64,000 bases of DNA from Nemertoderma westbladi. Lineage: Eukaryota > Animalia > Xenacoelomorpha. How positions within the stretch are numbered: the first letter of the stretch is position 1; each line of letters opens with the position of its first letter. Below, piece after piece: positions 35,316 to 48,272 of the stretch. Below the pieces are notes generated by a model, which saw only the letters and a program-made list of their open reading frames with translations, made no database searches and was not told the origin of the DNA. Where the stretch lies: the NCBI GenBank assembly GCA_032718475.1, contig JAUCBJ010001244.1, forward strand, positions 13,758-77,757, read 5' to 3'. Made by a program: the position numbers and the translations under genes.

Positions 35316-37836
35316 TGTGACGGGATCTACGGATCCCGGTTTATCCATTGGGTTTTCTATCCACGCGTCCCCGCCGTGTGTGAAAGGTAAAAGAGTTCTG
35401 ATGTTCGGTGATATGCATAGAGGTATAATAGTCTGAGATATATAGTATAGTATGACACAACAGGTAATATATAATGGCGGTAGCGGACGGTGACAGAAGT
35501 CCCCGTTCCACCCTACTGATCTGACTGAGTAAACTGAATGAATGATTACAGGTTACTGGTTATATTGCACGGTGGCCTTATTGCTACTCAATCGATGCCT
35601 TTCCCCCCTCTGATTGGTTGATATCCCTGTTGGCACCCTTTGGAGTGTTTCCCTTCACTCCCTGTGTTCTCTCTCAGTTAGGGGTTTGGCCCCTGACCCC
35701 TATTGTGTGTGTCTCCTTTGGGGCCTATTGTCCCCGTTTACTGGGCTGACACGAGGTTGATTGGTAATCAACCTCGTGCTCCCAATATTGCTTTATGGCC
35801 CACTCTATGGGTTTGTGTTAGCGGAATTGGATAAGCTAACACTCCCCCCCATGCTATCTTCCCGGTGAGAAGATAGCATCCAACTAAAGTGCGCTACAAT
35901 TCCGCTGGATCCCGATCTAGTATCGGGTGTGGGGTGGGTTATTTTCTTTCGGAGCCGGCTTTCCAGGCCGCTCCCTATGGGTATGATATTGCTACCCTCT
36001 GGCGTTTCGTGTCGGGCCGATCGTGCGCTTCTCTCACACAATTTTTGTTTCCCCAACACTCTCACCACTCTACTCCAACCCTCGCATACTCCCGGACCTC
36101 CTCGTCCCACACTCTTCCTCTCACTTCTCCTCCCCCACACTTGAATTGCGCCCACGCTCTCTTCGCACTCCGCACTATTACTCCATCCCTCTCTTGTCAC
36201 TCCCTAAGGCTTTAATCTCTAATGCTACCCCTGTGCTATCATACTATCTACCTACTGCTTACTAACTCTAACTATCTAACTAACTCTGCTAACTACTAAC
36301 TCTTACTACTTCTAGCTCTAACTGAGAGCCTCTAACTTTCTACTGACTCTAACTCTCTACTAAGTCTAACTAACTCCTACTAACTTTCTACTTCTACTAA
36401 CTCTACTTGACTCCTCTGAGTCTACCAACTCTGCTAACTAGCTCTACTAACTCTACTCCACTAGCTCTGCTAACTCTACTCCACTAGCTCTGCTAACTCT
36501 ACTCCACTAGCTCTGCTAACTCTACTAACTAGCTCTACTAACTCTACTCCACTCTTCTAACTACGTGGCGCTTGCGGTGCCCACAACCACTCTACTATAT
36601 GGCACCCTATGTGCCCTCTCTGCTCTACTCTACTACCTGGCACCCTATGTGCCCTCTCTACTACACTACTACCTCTCTAACTCTACTACCTGGCACCCTA
36701 TGTGCCCTCTCTACTACACTACTACCTCTCTAACTCTACTACCTGGCACCCTATGTGCCCTCTCTACTACTCTACTCTATCTCTAACTCTCTAAATCTAC
36801 TACCTGGCACCCTACGTGCCCGTCTCTACTCTTCTACTCACTGGTACCCTATGTACCCTCTCTACTACCTCTAACACTCTACTCTACTACCTGGCACCCT
36901 ATGTGCCCTCTCTACTCTTCTACTCACTGGTACCCTATGTACCCTCTCTACTACCTCTAACACTCTACTCTACTACCTGGCACCCTATGTGCCCTCTCTA
37001 CTCTTCTGCTACCTGGCACCCAATATGCCCGTCTCTACTCCTCTACTCCCCCTTTACGTCTCATCGCCTACACGTGACGCTCTGAGTGCCGGCAGAGTGG
37101 GTACGTTAATTATGTGAACTACTACTGACTCTACTAACTCTCTTCTAACTCTACTAACTCTTTTTGTGCCCGGCACCTCTTGTGCCCGGCACCTTCTAAC
37201 TCTACTAACTCCTTTTGTGCCCGGCACCTCTTGTGCCCGGCACCTTCTAACTCTACTAACTCTCTACTAACTCAACTAACTCTACTACTAACTCAACTAA
37301 CTCTACTACTAACTCTTTTTGTGCCCGGCACCTCTTGTGCCCGGCACCCACCCTAATTAACATACCCTGCTCTTACATCAAACACGTCATCACGCCCGTG
37401 CCCCACTAAGTTCAGCGCATTCCCTACTAACTCTAACTACGTGGCGCTTACGGTGCCCACAACCCTCTACTGCCACTACTTTCTCTCTAACTAACGGTAC
37501 TACATACCCTCTAACTCTAACTAACTAGCGGTACTTACGTACCCTCTAACTCTCTTCTACTAATGGTACTACACGTACCCTCCTACTAACTCTTCTACTA
37601 ACGGTACTACACGTACCCTCCTACTAACTCTTCTACTAACGGTACTACGTACCACCCTTTAACTAACTAACTAACTAACTAACTCTTACTACCTAACTTC
37701 TACCTACTCTATTATTTAATTATTTTCTTATTTTAATTAAATAATTATTTTATATTTTGTGCGTGGGAAGGGCGTCTCGCCCTCATTCCCACCCCCCTCA
37801 GTCCAAAACTTTGGACGACTAAAAACTCTCACGTGC
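35316..37836 (-). mobile_element. 3' end of an LTR retroelement: 3' LTR (35316-35841), PPT (35842-35850) and low-complexity repeat-rich internal region
   Basis: - strand ggggggggag-TGTTAGC...CCCGTCACA; LTR homologous to 6485-7036; (ctactaact)n, tggcaccctatgtgccc and tgtgcccggcacc arrays at 36240-37690. Left boundary firm, right boundary inferred. Confidence 0.65.
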
Positions 37837-39902
37837 CCTGAATATAGACATGGCATTGTCAAATATACACAGGGAGATGTAGGTATATTGGAATCTGTCC
37901 AAGCACGCGATGCAATAGTTGGACTACCTGAATGGCATCAATTTACTGACAATCAGGTTCTTACAGTTCACGAGATGGGGAATAGTGAGTATATTGCCGA
38001 CTCCATAACATCCTTTAGTATCAGAGCTCCTGAACTCCGAGTTTTTGATAAAGTAGAGGTTTTCTTTGAATGCTTTGGTATTATAGGGAAAGTACAGAAA
38101 TATCATTGTCACTTAGAACTTAAGAAATGCCGATGGATTGATGGCAATAAACGTCATTGGAAACTAAGGCCTACTGGCATTCCAATAGCTGTGGAATTTC
38201 TTACATGTAAAGCTGCGAATGGGAATATTATTGCTAAGCAGTTGTTAGATGAGGTATTTTTTCCCATTGCTGCAGGACAATTACATAAGAGATTTGTAAG
38301 CTCTCTTGAACGTCATAAAAAACCTGCAATTGTTGTATTTTCTTGTATAAGTCCTTTACAAATGAGCCGTTTCTTATTTCATTTGGTATACATAATTGGC
38401 AGCTTTGAGACAGAGTTAGATCTTCTATCTGTCGAAGATATTCGGACTTCATTCGTCAGAGCAAGTCTTATATCAAATGAGAATAATGTGCCAGCTGAGG
38501 AGGTTAATAGCTTACTTCAATCATATGTTGTGAAAGAGCTCACTTTTCAATCCATTGGAAATATTCAACTCCAGCGTTTCCTCCATCTAGCTATTACTGG
38601 TGTTAGACAATTCTTTGCTGGAGATGGTTTGCTCTATGAGGCAATAGCTCTCTTTTATGAGGATAGTATTCGGGACCAGTGTACTGAACAAGTAGCTAAT
38701 ATTGAGAGTATGAGACGCAGAAATTTAGTTGATTCACTATATGAGAAAGATGGTTTGGTATTACCTGATGAGCAGGGTGTTTTACCACAGGATCGACAAT
38801 TAATAACTGCTACCCGAGAATGCCCTCTTAATTGGAAACCTCTTTAGAAATCAGTTCAAGGACAATCACAGGATTCCATTGCTGAGCAACGAGATATGTT
38901 GCAGATATTAGTAAATGCTATTGATGAATATCAGCATCCATCACACAACATTTGTCCATTCTCCATGGTTAGTAGGAGCACCAGGTGTAGGAAAGACAAC
39001 AGTAATGTTGGAAGCTATGGCTTACAGCCTTGCATGTGGTCTGAATGTTATGCTCACAGCAATTACAAGTGAGAGAGCCAGAGTATTAGGGGGTGAACAT
39101 CTTCATTTACTTATGCCATTTGGTGTTCATCATGGTAAAATAACATCTACAGGATTAGCTCAAGAATGTCTCTTAAGTTTAGCAAAAAGTCCATCTAAAC
39201 TTGCTTTACTTAAACGATTGAATATCATTTTCTTTGAGGAGTATGGCATGCTTTCTTGTGAACAACTAGCAGCCATTGATCTCATACTGCATAGAATATG
39301 TAACACACAAAGGCCATTTGGTGGAAAATTATTCATAGGATGTGGAGATAGATCATTGCCAACTAGAGCCTGTTGAGGGTCGAGTAGTTTGGCTTAGTAC
39401 TCATTTTATTACAACCTTTACTGTTATGGTTTGCTGACATTTTGTTCGTAGTGCAAATGATGAAGAATTGCAACTAGTTATAACAATCTTGCGCACATCA
39501 AACCCATCCATCTCCTAATTTGATTGATCAAATGATAGGAATATTAAAGAGACGCTGTAACTTCCTTGATAGCTGGGATGATGTCCCAGATGATGTCTTA
39601 AAGGTTGTAGGAACTCGGGCTGGTGAACAGGAAGTATTACAAAAATATCTTTCACAGCACCGAAACGAAGTTGGAACAGTTTCTATCACTAGCCATGATC
39701 AGGTAACTAGTGGGAATCCTTCGGAGGATAATTGTTGGAGGGATACCGATTCACCTAGTATTATTAATTTTATAACAAGATCATGTCGTGAGCCACTTGA
39801 TTTGATTCTGTTCCTTAACCAGATCCTCCGTTTTACATTTAATAGACAGAGTGAGCAACCAAAGTTTTCAAATGGTCAATTGTGTCTGCATACTAAAGTA
39901 AA
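37837..39902 (+). pseudogene. Helentron-like PIF1 helicase pseudogene, partial copy A
   Basis: Near-identical to 41060-43020; Walker A GAPGVGKT, Walker B IIFFEEYGM, PFGGK..GD; same stop and frameshifts as copies B and C. Confidence 0.85.
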
Positions 39903-40951
39903 CTAATATACTAATAGTCGCAAGTCTTTATATAAAATATACATTACTCTAACAATAGAATAATTGTTGTAAAAATAACACAATAAAAATTTATTACTAA
40001 TATAAATTAATAACTTTTTAATTTTCAGATAAAAATTCATCAGTTGGAAAATCAAAAACGTATGAATAACGAGCCCAAAAAGAAACGCCGACACGAGAAT
40101 TATACAAACTACCATCGTTAACAGTATGCCACGATCTGAGGGTGGAGAAGTTTGAGGCTATACAATACACAAACTCTACATATCAGTTACTAAGTTTGTG
40201 CAGTATATAGCGAAATTGGAGAAGGCTATAAAAACGGCTATATTTCGGATAGAATTTGAAATATAACAAAAACATTGATTTTTTAAATAATCTATTCCAT
40301 CCATTATCCCTTTTAGATAAGATCTGGAATGTTTCCATTCTTTAAACTCCAAATTTTGCGTTTTTTTAACATTTAAAGTATTAATTTAAATAAACTAGAT
40401 ATTTATTAACTTAATCTACGCAACATACTACAATTAAGGGTGATGGACCAGCGAAAAATTTGGTTAGTTTTTAAAAATTTAAAGGGTAAATCTAAATACT
40501 AAATTTATATTTATTTACGTAGTGTAAACACTACAACAGCCGCGAGCAATAATTAATTCTCATACATTGCAACCAAATTATGTACCACCATTAAATCTTT
40601 CTTTTTTTATACATCATTATAAAAGAAAACAAAAGTACTGCAAAATAAAATTTTGAAGTAAATTAGACTAAATTACTAGATCTAAATTTGTTGATTAATT
40701 ATTATATTAAAACAATAATGGGGAACTTTTTTACAAAAACGATTTCAACCAATCAAATTTCACATCCCAACGATCATTTTTTCGATCATTTTTTATTTAT
40801 TCGTACGACTACTAGAACTGGAGATTATACAATTTGAAGATCTCCGATGACCGATAAGTCTATTCCGTGTAATCCCGCAAAGACCGCAGGTTATTCGAGT
40901 CCCGTCTTCATAATAAGATTCTAAAAGAGAAGGAAAAAAAAAGAAACAAAG

Positions 40952-43900
40952 ACTGCAATTAAGTCAAGGGAAATGGGATATCCAGAGGTTGTACATAATC
41001 TTCTAGGGTTTCCATATATCCGAACCAATGTTGAATTTGTTCAGGTATCGACCCTGACTCCTGAATATAGACATGGCATTGTCAAATATACACAGGGAGA
41101 TGTAGGTATATTGGAATCTGTCCAAGCACGCGATGCAATAGTTGGACTACCTGAATGGCATCAATTTACTGACAATCAGGTTCTTACAGTTCACGAGATG
41201 GGGAATAGTGAGTATATTGCCGACTCCATAACATCCTTTAGTATCAGAGCTCCTGAACTCCGAGTTTTTGATAAAGTAGAGGTTTTCTTTGAATGCTTTG
41301 GTATTATAGGGAAAGTACAGAAATATCATTGTCACTTAGAACTTAAGAAATGCCGATGGATTGATGGCAATAAACGTCGTTGGAAACTAAGGCCTACTGG
41401 CATTCCAATAGCTGTGGAATTTCTTACATGTAAAGCTGCGAATGGGAATATTATTGCTAAGCAGTTGTTAGATGAGGTATTTCTTCCCATTGCTGCAGGA
41501 CAATTACATAAGAGATTTGTAAGCTCTCTTGAACGTCATAAAAAACCTGCAATTGTTGTATTTTCTTGTATAAGTCCTTTACAAATGAGCCGTTTCTTAT
41601 TTCATTTGGTATACATAATTGGCAGCTTTGAGACAGAGTTAGATCTTCTATCTGTCGAAGATATTCGGACTTCATTCGTCAGAGCAAGTCTTATATCAAA
41701 TGAGAATAATGTGCCAGCTGAGGAGGTTAATAGCTTACTTCAATCATATGTTGTGAAAGAGCTCACTTTTCAATCCATTGGAAATATTCAACTCCAGCGT
41801 TTCCTCCATCTAGCTATTACTGGTGTTAGACAATTCTTTGCTGGAGATGGTTTGCTCTATGAGGCAATAGCTCTCTTTTATGAGGATAGTATTCGGGACC
41901 AGTGTACTGAACAAGTTGCTAATATTGAGAGTATGAGACGCAGAAATTTAGTTGATTCACTATATGAGAAAGATGGTTTGGTATTACCTGATGAGCAGGG
42001 TGTTTTACCACAGGATCGACAATTAATAACTGCTACCCGAGAATGCCCTCTTAATTGGAAACCTCTTTAGAAATCAGTTCAAGGACAATCACAGGATTCC
42101 ATTGCTGAGCAACGAGATATGTTGCAGATATTAGTAAATGCTATTGATGAATATCAGCATCCATCAACAACATTTGTCCATTCTCCATGGTTAGTAGGAG
42201 CACCAGGTGTAGGAAAGACAACAGTAATGTTGGAAGCTATGGCTTACAGCCTTGCATGTGGTCTGAATGTTATGCTCACAGCAATTACAAGTGAGAGAGC
42301 CAGAGTATTAGGGGGTGAACATCTTCATTTACTTATGCCATTTGGTGTTCATCATGGTAAAATAACATCTACAGGATTAGCTCAAGAATGTCTCTTAAGT
42401 TTAGCAAAAAGTCCATCTAAACTTGCTTTACTTAAACGATTGAATATCATTTTCTTTGAGGAGTATGGCATGCTTTCTTGTGAACAACTAGCAGCCATTG
42501 ATCTCATACTGCATAGAATATGTAACACACAAAGGCCATTTGGTGGAAAATTATTCATAGGATGTGGAGATAGATCATTGCCAACTAGAGCCTGTTGAGG
42601 GTCGAGTAGTTTGGCTTAGTACTCATTTTATTACAACCTTTACTGTTATGGTTTGCTGACATTTTGTTCGTAGTGCAAATGATGAAGAATTGCAACTAGT
42701 TATAACAATCTTGCGCACATCAAACCCATCCATCTCCTAATTTGATTGATCAAATGATAGGAATATTAAAGAGACGCTGTAACTTCCTTGATAGCTGGGA
42801 TGATGTCCCAGATGATGTCTTAAAGGTTGTAGGAACTCGGGCTGGTGAACAGGAAGTATTACAAAAATATCTTTCACAGCACCGAAACGAAGTTGGAACA
42901 GTTTCTATCACTAGCCATGATCAGGTAACTAGTGGGAATCCTTCGGAGGATAATTGTTGGAGGGATACCGATTCACCTAGTATTATTAATTTTATAACAA
43001 GATCATGTCGTGAGCCACAGGAATTGATTCTGTTCCTAAACCAGATCCTCCGTTTCACATATAACAGGCAATCTGTGCAACCTAAATTTTCTAATGGTCA
43101 ATTGTGTATTCTTACGAAAGTGCCAGCTGATTGTGATGATACACTGGAAGCAGCTGTTGTCCCTAAAGGATGCCTTCGGATAAACCCTGAAAGTGCAAAT
43201 ACATGGCCATCAGTTAAATTATCCCAATGTAAACAGCCCCTCCTACAGTTGTTGGTTATGGCAAGAATGCGATAATGGGAAGACGTATACATACAATTCC
43301 CATTACATTACTTTTGTGCAGGCACCATACATGGTGTTCAAGGTCAAGATGCGCCATCATTAGCAACTCAAATAACTATTGATATTAAGAATAAATATAA
43401 GATTTGGCTGAAAATGCAAATAACCACGCTTATTTCTAGGGTATTCGATCTTGGTAACTTTTCATTTGTTGGAATCATGGAGGAAACTTTCAATTGTATA
43501 CGAATCTTGATGAATAAGAAATCGCCAAATCAAGATTATATTAAACACTTATTGAGAGGTCTCAATGTTCTTGTCGCTGGAGTATCCCAAGATCCTATAA
43601 CATTTGAAAAACATCCTTTCTGACCATACTATATAGATATTCCTTCTTCTTATACAGGATTTGTCTATATGTTGATAAGTATTATGTTCCGTGATAAAGT
43701 TATATAGGTCAAACTATAGAACTAAAAGCAAGGTTGCTGGCTCATCAGAACAAAACAGGTTCTGATTTTACAAGGAATTCTGCATATCACCCTTGGGCTC
43801 TGTATGCCTTTGTCAGTGGCTTTCCAGGTGAAGGAAAGGGTGACCTTAATACTCGATACCGTAAAGAATTTGAAACTGAATGGCATGCTCTTAATAATAC

Positions 43901-44081
43901 AGGAAAAGCTGGCGGGGATACAATTGTTGGGCGAGAGTATGTTTTTCAAGTTGGTGTTGAGATAGTTCGAAATTGGAATACTAAAGTATATAATGATGAT
44001 GATGGAGAAGTCAACAATTTCGAGCTGAAAATATGTAAACCATCGATCTCTCAGTATATTTTATATGCTCCTATTGCATAA
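40952..44081 (+). pseudogene. Helentron-like post-Rep region + PIF1 (SF1B) helicase + C-terminal GIY-YIG nuclease, copy B
   Basis: REMGYPEVVHNLLGFP..FVQVSTLTPEYR; GAPGVGKT; TAITSERA; FEEYGM; FGGK..GD/QLEPV; QFPL...TIHGVQGQ; LISRV; then GFVYMLIS..YIGQTIELKARLLAHQN..HPW..EFETEW. Several stops and frameshifts. Confidence 0.85.
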
Positions 44082-44159
44082 TTCCAATCTTTGTTGCAGA
44101 TATATATATATATAAATCTTGCTTCTGCATAGAGTATTCCTATTTAGAGATTCCCATAC

Positions 44160-44500
44160 ACGGAGGCAACTTACAACCAAGGGAGTATAGCTGCAGGCAA
44201 CTTACTGCCAAGGGAACTTGGTAGACTCTAAGAACAGAGTATAGCTGGAGGTAAATTACAACCAAGGAAACTTGAGAGACTAAGAAGTGTATAGCTGCAG
44301 GCAATTTAAAACCACTAAAACTTGGTAGACTCAAAAGAGTATAGCTGCAGGCAATTTAAAACCAAGAAAACTTGGTAGACTCTAATAAAATAGGACATAG
44401 CTGCAGGCAACTTACCACAAAGGAAACTTTGGATACTCTAGACTCTTAAGAAAACAGAATGTAGCTGCAGACAACTTACCCTCAAGGAAACTTGGGATTT
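44160..44500. repeat. ~52-60-bp tandem repeat (tatagctgcaggcaa...aacttggtagactc) downstream of the helicase-GIY-YIG ORF; duplicated at 56244-56584
   Basis: 6-7 units visible. Confidence 0.85.
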
Positions 44501-44993
44501 AAATTTTAAAATAAATTGTAAAATTTGTTGATACATTTAATATGTTAACATAGTTATTATATTTTTTTATAATATATGTAATTTTCGTAATTATTTCGCA
44601 GTTGTAACAAAGTTGAGAAGAATTTCGCAGTTGTAACAAAGGTGAAGAGAAGAAGAAAAGGCATCGAAATTACGAATAATGTGATTGCCGGTGACATAAA
44701 CATAACTTTCACAAAATAGACAGTAGATACCTCGTAACAATCAGAGAAACACTGCAGTAAATTGTTCAAATTGCTATAATTATTTATATTGCGCTTCGAA
44801 TATTATAGGGCCTACTTCAAATAATATTCAAAAATATATTCACTGCTGTTAAACAGATATTTATTTTAAAAATGTAGATAATTATTCTTCCCCCAAAAAA
44901 CCATGCCCCTTTTTTATGACCTCCCCCACCAACAAATCCCTCTTAGGGAAATTTACTTTATTTTATCTTTTAGATTCAATAATCCCCATAACA

Positions 44994-45505
44994 ATGGCGA
45001 TGATCCGGGAACTCAAACTGATCTCGGGTACCGATGACGTTGTCTTTGTGTTTCACAACAACCTCCCCTGTATCATAAACTCATCAACTCTCTACAAAAA
45101 GGATTATCTACCGCGATCCGGAGGTTCTATCGATTACTTCAGAGTCGTGGTTTCTACGGACGGGAACCGCGTTGCCTCGGGAACCTATAGGGGTGGGTCG
45201 GTGACTGTCTGGGAGTGCGGAGCGACCGGTTGGTGGGTCGTAGTGGAGGTAGCGGAGAGGGAGTTAGGGATTGGTGGGGGAGGGGATGAATGGAGGGCGG
45301 GAATAGACATAAATCCCTCCAACCGGGACGTCATAGCAACATGTGGGTCCAACAGGGGGATTTCATTAATATCAATACTGGTAGGAAATATAAGAGGTTT
45401 CTAACTGGGTGGGGCATTCTGGGAGGTTTGGTGTGTTCGGTTCAACGGGTCCCGGTTAGCCAGCTGTTCGGATGATAGTACAGTAAAAGTTTGGCTGACT
45501 GGAAC
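44994..45505 (+). pseudogene. WD40-repeat protein fragment (duplicated at 57078-57589)
   Basis: VSTDGNRVASGTYRGGSVTVWE; IDINPSNRDVIATCGSNRGISL; LASCSDDSTVKVW across frameshifts. Confidence 0.6.
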
Positions 45506-46910
45506 CCGGGCAGTTAGGAACACAATGCCCGATATTGTCCTTTTGAACGCCAAAATTTCGTCGCCAGAACCAATCTAGCTGCATTTTCCCCATAGACTTA
45601 CATAGGAAAAAATATGAATGCTAAGCGCATTTGATACATAATTATCGCATTTTAAAATTTATACCACTGAATTCCTTGCAAAATATAATGGAGAGTGCTC
45701 TAACAACTGCCAAGCAACTAATTGGGTTAATCAATTATCCATTATTACTAAGTATAATTACCAACCTACGGCTATAATAAACAATGTAGAGGGAGTCAGA
45801 GTGGTGAACTTTGTAAAGTTTGAAGTGTAGTGAGTTGCTCAGTGTGAGTGTTAGTGTTGCTTCAACTAAATGTCACAGATCTATTTTTGGAACGAAATTA
45901 AAAAGGAAAATATTTGCGTGATTCCTTGGTTACATAACAATGTTTGTTTAATTGTGAGTCAAAGAAAGTAATTGAGCATTATTATGCAGTTGTGTGGACC
46001 AATCATGGCCCCACAACAAAGAAAGTAATTGAGACTTATAATAAGGGTGAAGGAAATTGTTACCAAGGAATGGTGAAGGATACTCAGTACCTAGAACGTT
46101 CTGAAGCAGTGTTAATTGAACACAAAAACATTTTTTCAAACAAAACCATGGATATCATGAAGTCTCTTGGACTGACAACAACGGATGGTGAAGGGGAATG
46201 TTTATTAAACCAAGATTTCTGGGCTGGAAATATCACTACCCGGCCTGTAGTGATGAGTTTTTTTTGTCCCCACCATCCCATGCCTATTTACTTTTACATG
46301 TTCTTGTACTAACGTACAAGTATGTGATAGGCGTCTCATGGTCAGCTATCTCACTAAATTATGCTGCTGGCAAAGAGGAAAGGGCCAAGGTCCTTTTCAA
46401 TGAGTCAGTAGCAGAAAAAGGCAAGGTTACTGTTGATGTGCTACCCCTTGTCTTGAAAATTTCCGGCTCACAGTTGCCATCTAAAGAAAAAGGGAAGAGG
46501 GAACAGGTATCGTCATGGGAACATCACGGAACGTCTTAATCTTCAGCAAAGTAATTGTCCTGATTGGGAAAAAAGGGTTTTGGGTATATTTGAGCGAAAA
46601 AGTAACAATTTAAAAATACAAATGATATATTATATGTATGTACACTTTAAATAGAAAGTATAATGTGCCAACTAATTATATAAAATAATATAAAATAATT
46701 GAACTTCACAAAACACACATGCACAATATCAGTTAGCTGATTGTCGGCTCTGTCTTGTTGGCGATAACCATGGGCAGTACGTCTACAATGTGGGTAATGT
46801 ACTACTAGGTAATGTTCTTATGGAGATGTACGTACAATCAACTTTTTTGATATACTGGACTTTAATTCTGAACAGCAACATGGACAAACTATCTTCCCTT
46901 CAACTACATT

Positions 46911-47275
46911 AGTAGTAGAGTCTTGGCCGGCTCGGTGACAGTTAGACCCCACTGCCTGGCGCCATACTGTCTGGGTAACACCTCCTAATTAGGCTAATTA
47001 GACCCTAATTGACAGGTGTCATCAATTAATTAGTACAATTAAACCCTAATAGGTGTCTTATGACTCCTAATTAGGGTTTAATTGATTATCCTAATTAATC
47101 AATCCGATACGCAATGGTGTCAGTGTTGTCTAACTGTCGCCTAGAGGGCCAAGAGGGTGTCATAAGTGACACCGCAGCTCTTTTATTTATTATTGCTTAT
47201 TTATTTGTACTTAATTTTAATTAATTATTTGTATTTAATTTTACTTTATTAATTAAACTTTATTTATTTGTATTA
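46911..47275 (+). mobile_element. Solo left TIR closely related to the Polinton TIR (duplicated at 58995-59359)
   Basis: agtagtagagtcttggccggctc..gacagttagacccc...gtcataagtgacaccgcagctc aligns with 18143-18560; no matching right TIR found. Confidence 0.9.
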
Positions 47276-47411
47276 AATAGAAATGGAGATCAAATTAACT
47301 AAATAAATGAATACGAGTCCATATTCTCTATAACGAATACAAGTAAACGTTTTCTGATACATAACGTCTAAAACTGTTGTGGGTCCTTACGCCCTCTTGC
47401 CTCTGATCCTA

Positions 47412-47525
<114 letters not shown>

Positions 47526-47849
47526 CTAAAATATCGTAGAGGCCTTCAGTTAATGATTCGCTGGTTCCCAATATCGAAGCGGTGTTTCCGATCAGGATAG
47601 CTATCAGGATACGCTGTAGTAAGAAGCGATGAGAATGGGGCTCAAATGAAATGGAAGGTACAGATAAATATTTTAAGAACTATATATTCATCGCATTTAC
47701 CTACCTGTTTTTCTTTTGACCTTATATCACTGTTTCTATACCCCATCCGATACCCGCATCACCCGGATTTCATTGTCGAACCTCACTAGAAGCCGAGGTG
47801 TGCAAATGGCGCTGACGGGATATGTTAACATAGTTCTCAGTATAAACAG

Positions 47850-48272
47850 ATGCAGTATAAAGGTCTGGCATCTTTCGGCATCATCTGCTCTGCAATGAGC
47901 GAGCTCGGTATACTAGACTGGGCCCAGCTGGCGACTCTCCTTCCCGCAGAGTTTTCCGGCATAGAGAAGACCTGCCGGGCCTTAATTCAGCATGGCCCCT
48001 ACATTGGCTATATGGCGGGTCACTCTAACCTGGTCCGATCTTCCATGTACCCCCTGCTACTCACCATATGCAGGTCCTTAGGATCTAGTGAGTCTCAAGA
48101 GAGATACCGTGGAGGAAAGAACGATCGACTCTATATTGGAGCTCGATCATGGTTGACAGCTGCTAAGGACAAAATAAGGAATGCGGGCGCAGCAATGGCT
48201 GGTGCTAATGTCGAGGGGGAGGAGGTCGCCGAACGTGTCATGGCGTTTGCTCGTGAGTATCACCACAAGTGA
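47850..48272 (+). CDS. Endogenous viral element: C-terminal part of a mononegavirus/chuvirus-like nucleoprotein
   Basis: YKGLASFGII..LDWAQLATLLPAEF...ALIQHGPYIGY...VRSSMYPLL..ICRSLG..ES.ERYRG resembles the conserved N core (cf. the F-x4-Y-x3-S-x2-YPxL region and terminal SL.xYxG); intronless, GC-richer than flanks. Confidence 0.6.
   Translation: MQYKGLASFGIICSAMSELGILDWAQLATLLPAEFSGIEKTCRALIQHGPYIGYMAGHSNLVRSSMYPLLLTICRSLGSSESQERYRGGKNDRLYIGARSWLTAAKDKIRNAGAAMAGANVEGEEVAERVMAFAREYHHK

Noticed and set aside
6485-35841. The two LTRs as ends of one element
   Set aside because: They are clearly diverged and in the wrong order: on the - strand the PPT-preceded 3' LTR lies upstream of the gag-adjacent 5' LTR
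35805-37085. Multiple short ORFs in the LTR interior
   Set aside because: Low-complexity repeat translations with no recognisable pol or env motifs
37759-38847. Intact 362-aa gene
   Set aside because: N-terminus comes from unrelated flanking DNA fused at 37837; the rest is a stop-truncated piece of the helicase polyprotein (likewise 53432-54154)
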